Below, piece by piece: positions 47,685-47,685 of a stretch of DNA of 47,685 nucleotides. The position numbers were made by a program, and so were the translations under genes. Positions within the stretch are counted from its first letter, which is position 1. Every line of letters starts with the position of its first letter. The notes under the pieces are model-generated. The model searched no databases and was not told the DNA's origin. It saw nothing but the letters and a program-made list of their open reading frames with translations. The stretch is from an uncultured Bacteroidales bacterium (GTDB lineage Bacteria; Bacteroidota; Bacteroidia; Bacteroidales; UBA932): positions 1 to 47,685 of the forward strand of contig OMQK01000005.1 of NCBI GenBank assembly GCA_900313205.1, read 5' to 3'.

Positions 47685-47685
47685 A

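Overview
Bacteroidales-type chromosome segment (inferred from TAnnTTTG -7 promoter motifs, lipoprotein signals and gene families). Left (1-12.2 kb, - strand): a sigma54-dependent two-component system driving a TolC / HlyD-type MFP / ABC ATPase / >=3 MacB-FtsX permease export operon. The operon shows a 5-bp frameshifting duplication, a 63-bp in-frame duplication and an inserted ORF6N gene. Middle (12.4-26.6 kb): a RhuM-Fic gene, feoAB, mdh, a 4'-PPTase, nrdDG, envC-like, TPR, and an ECF sigma with its partner. Right (26.6-47.7 kb): a LacI-controlled, SusCD-less carbohydrate locus (SDR, NRAMP-family transporter, kdgK, gnd, SGNH, LamG, MBL, GH63-like, GDPD, GH36), an AAA_14 insert bounded by a 36-bp duplication, and a large beta-helix lipoprotein in frame with an EEP domain across one TGA. 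The two strongest unexplained signals are non-genic. (1) Five 90-bp elements share an exact 25-5-30-5-25 geometry (two IHF-like dyad boxes around a sequence-variable central palindrome); two of them bracket the RhuM-Fic gene as direct repeats. (2) A GTCA-hairpin-TCT REP family with covarying stems is inserted in frame into four unrelated proteins and also serves as a terminator. All protein calls are by motif recognition; no database searches were run.
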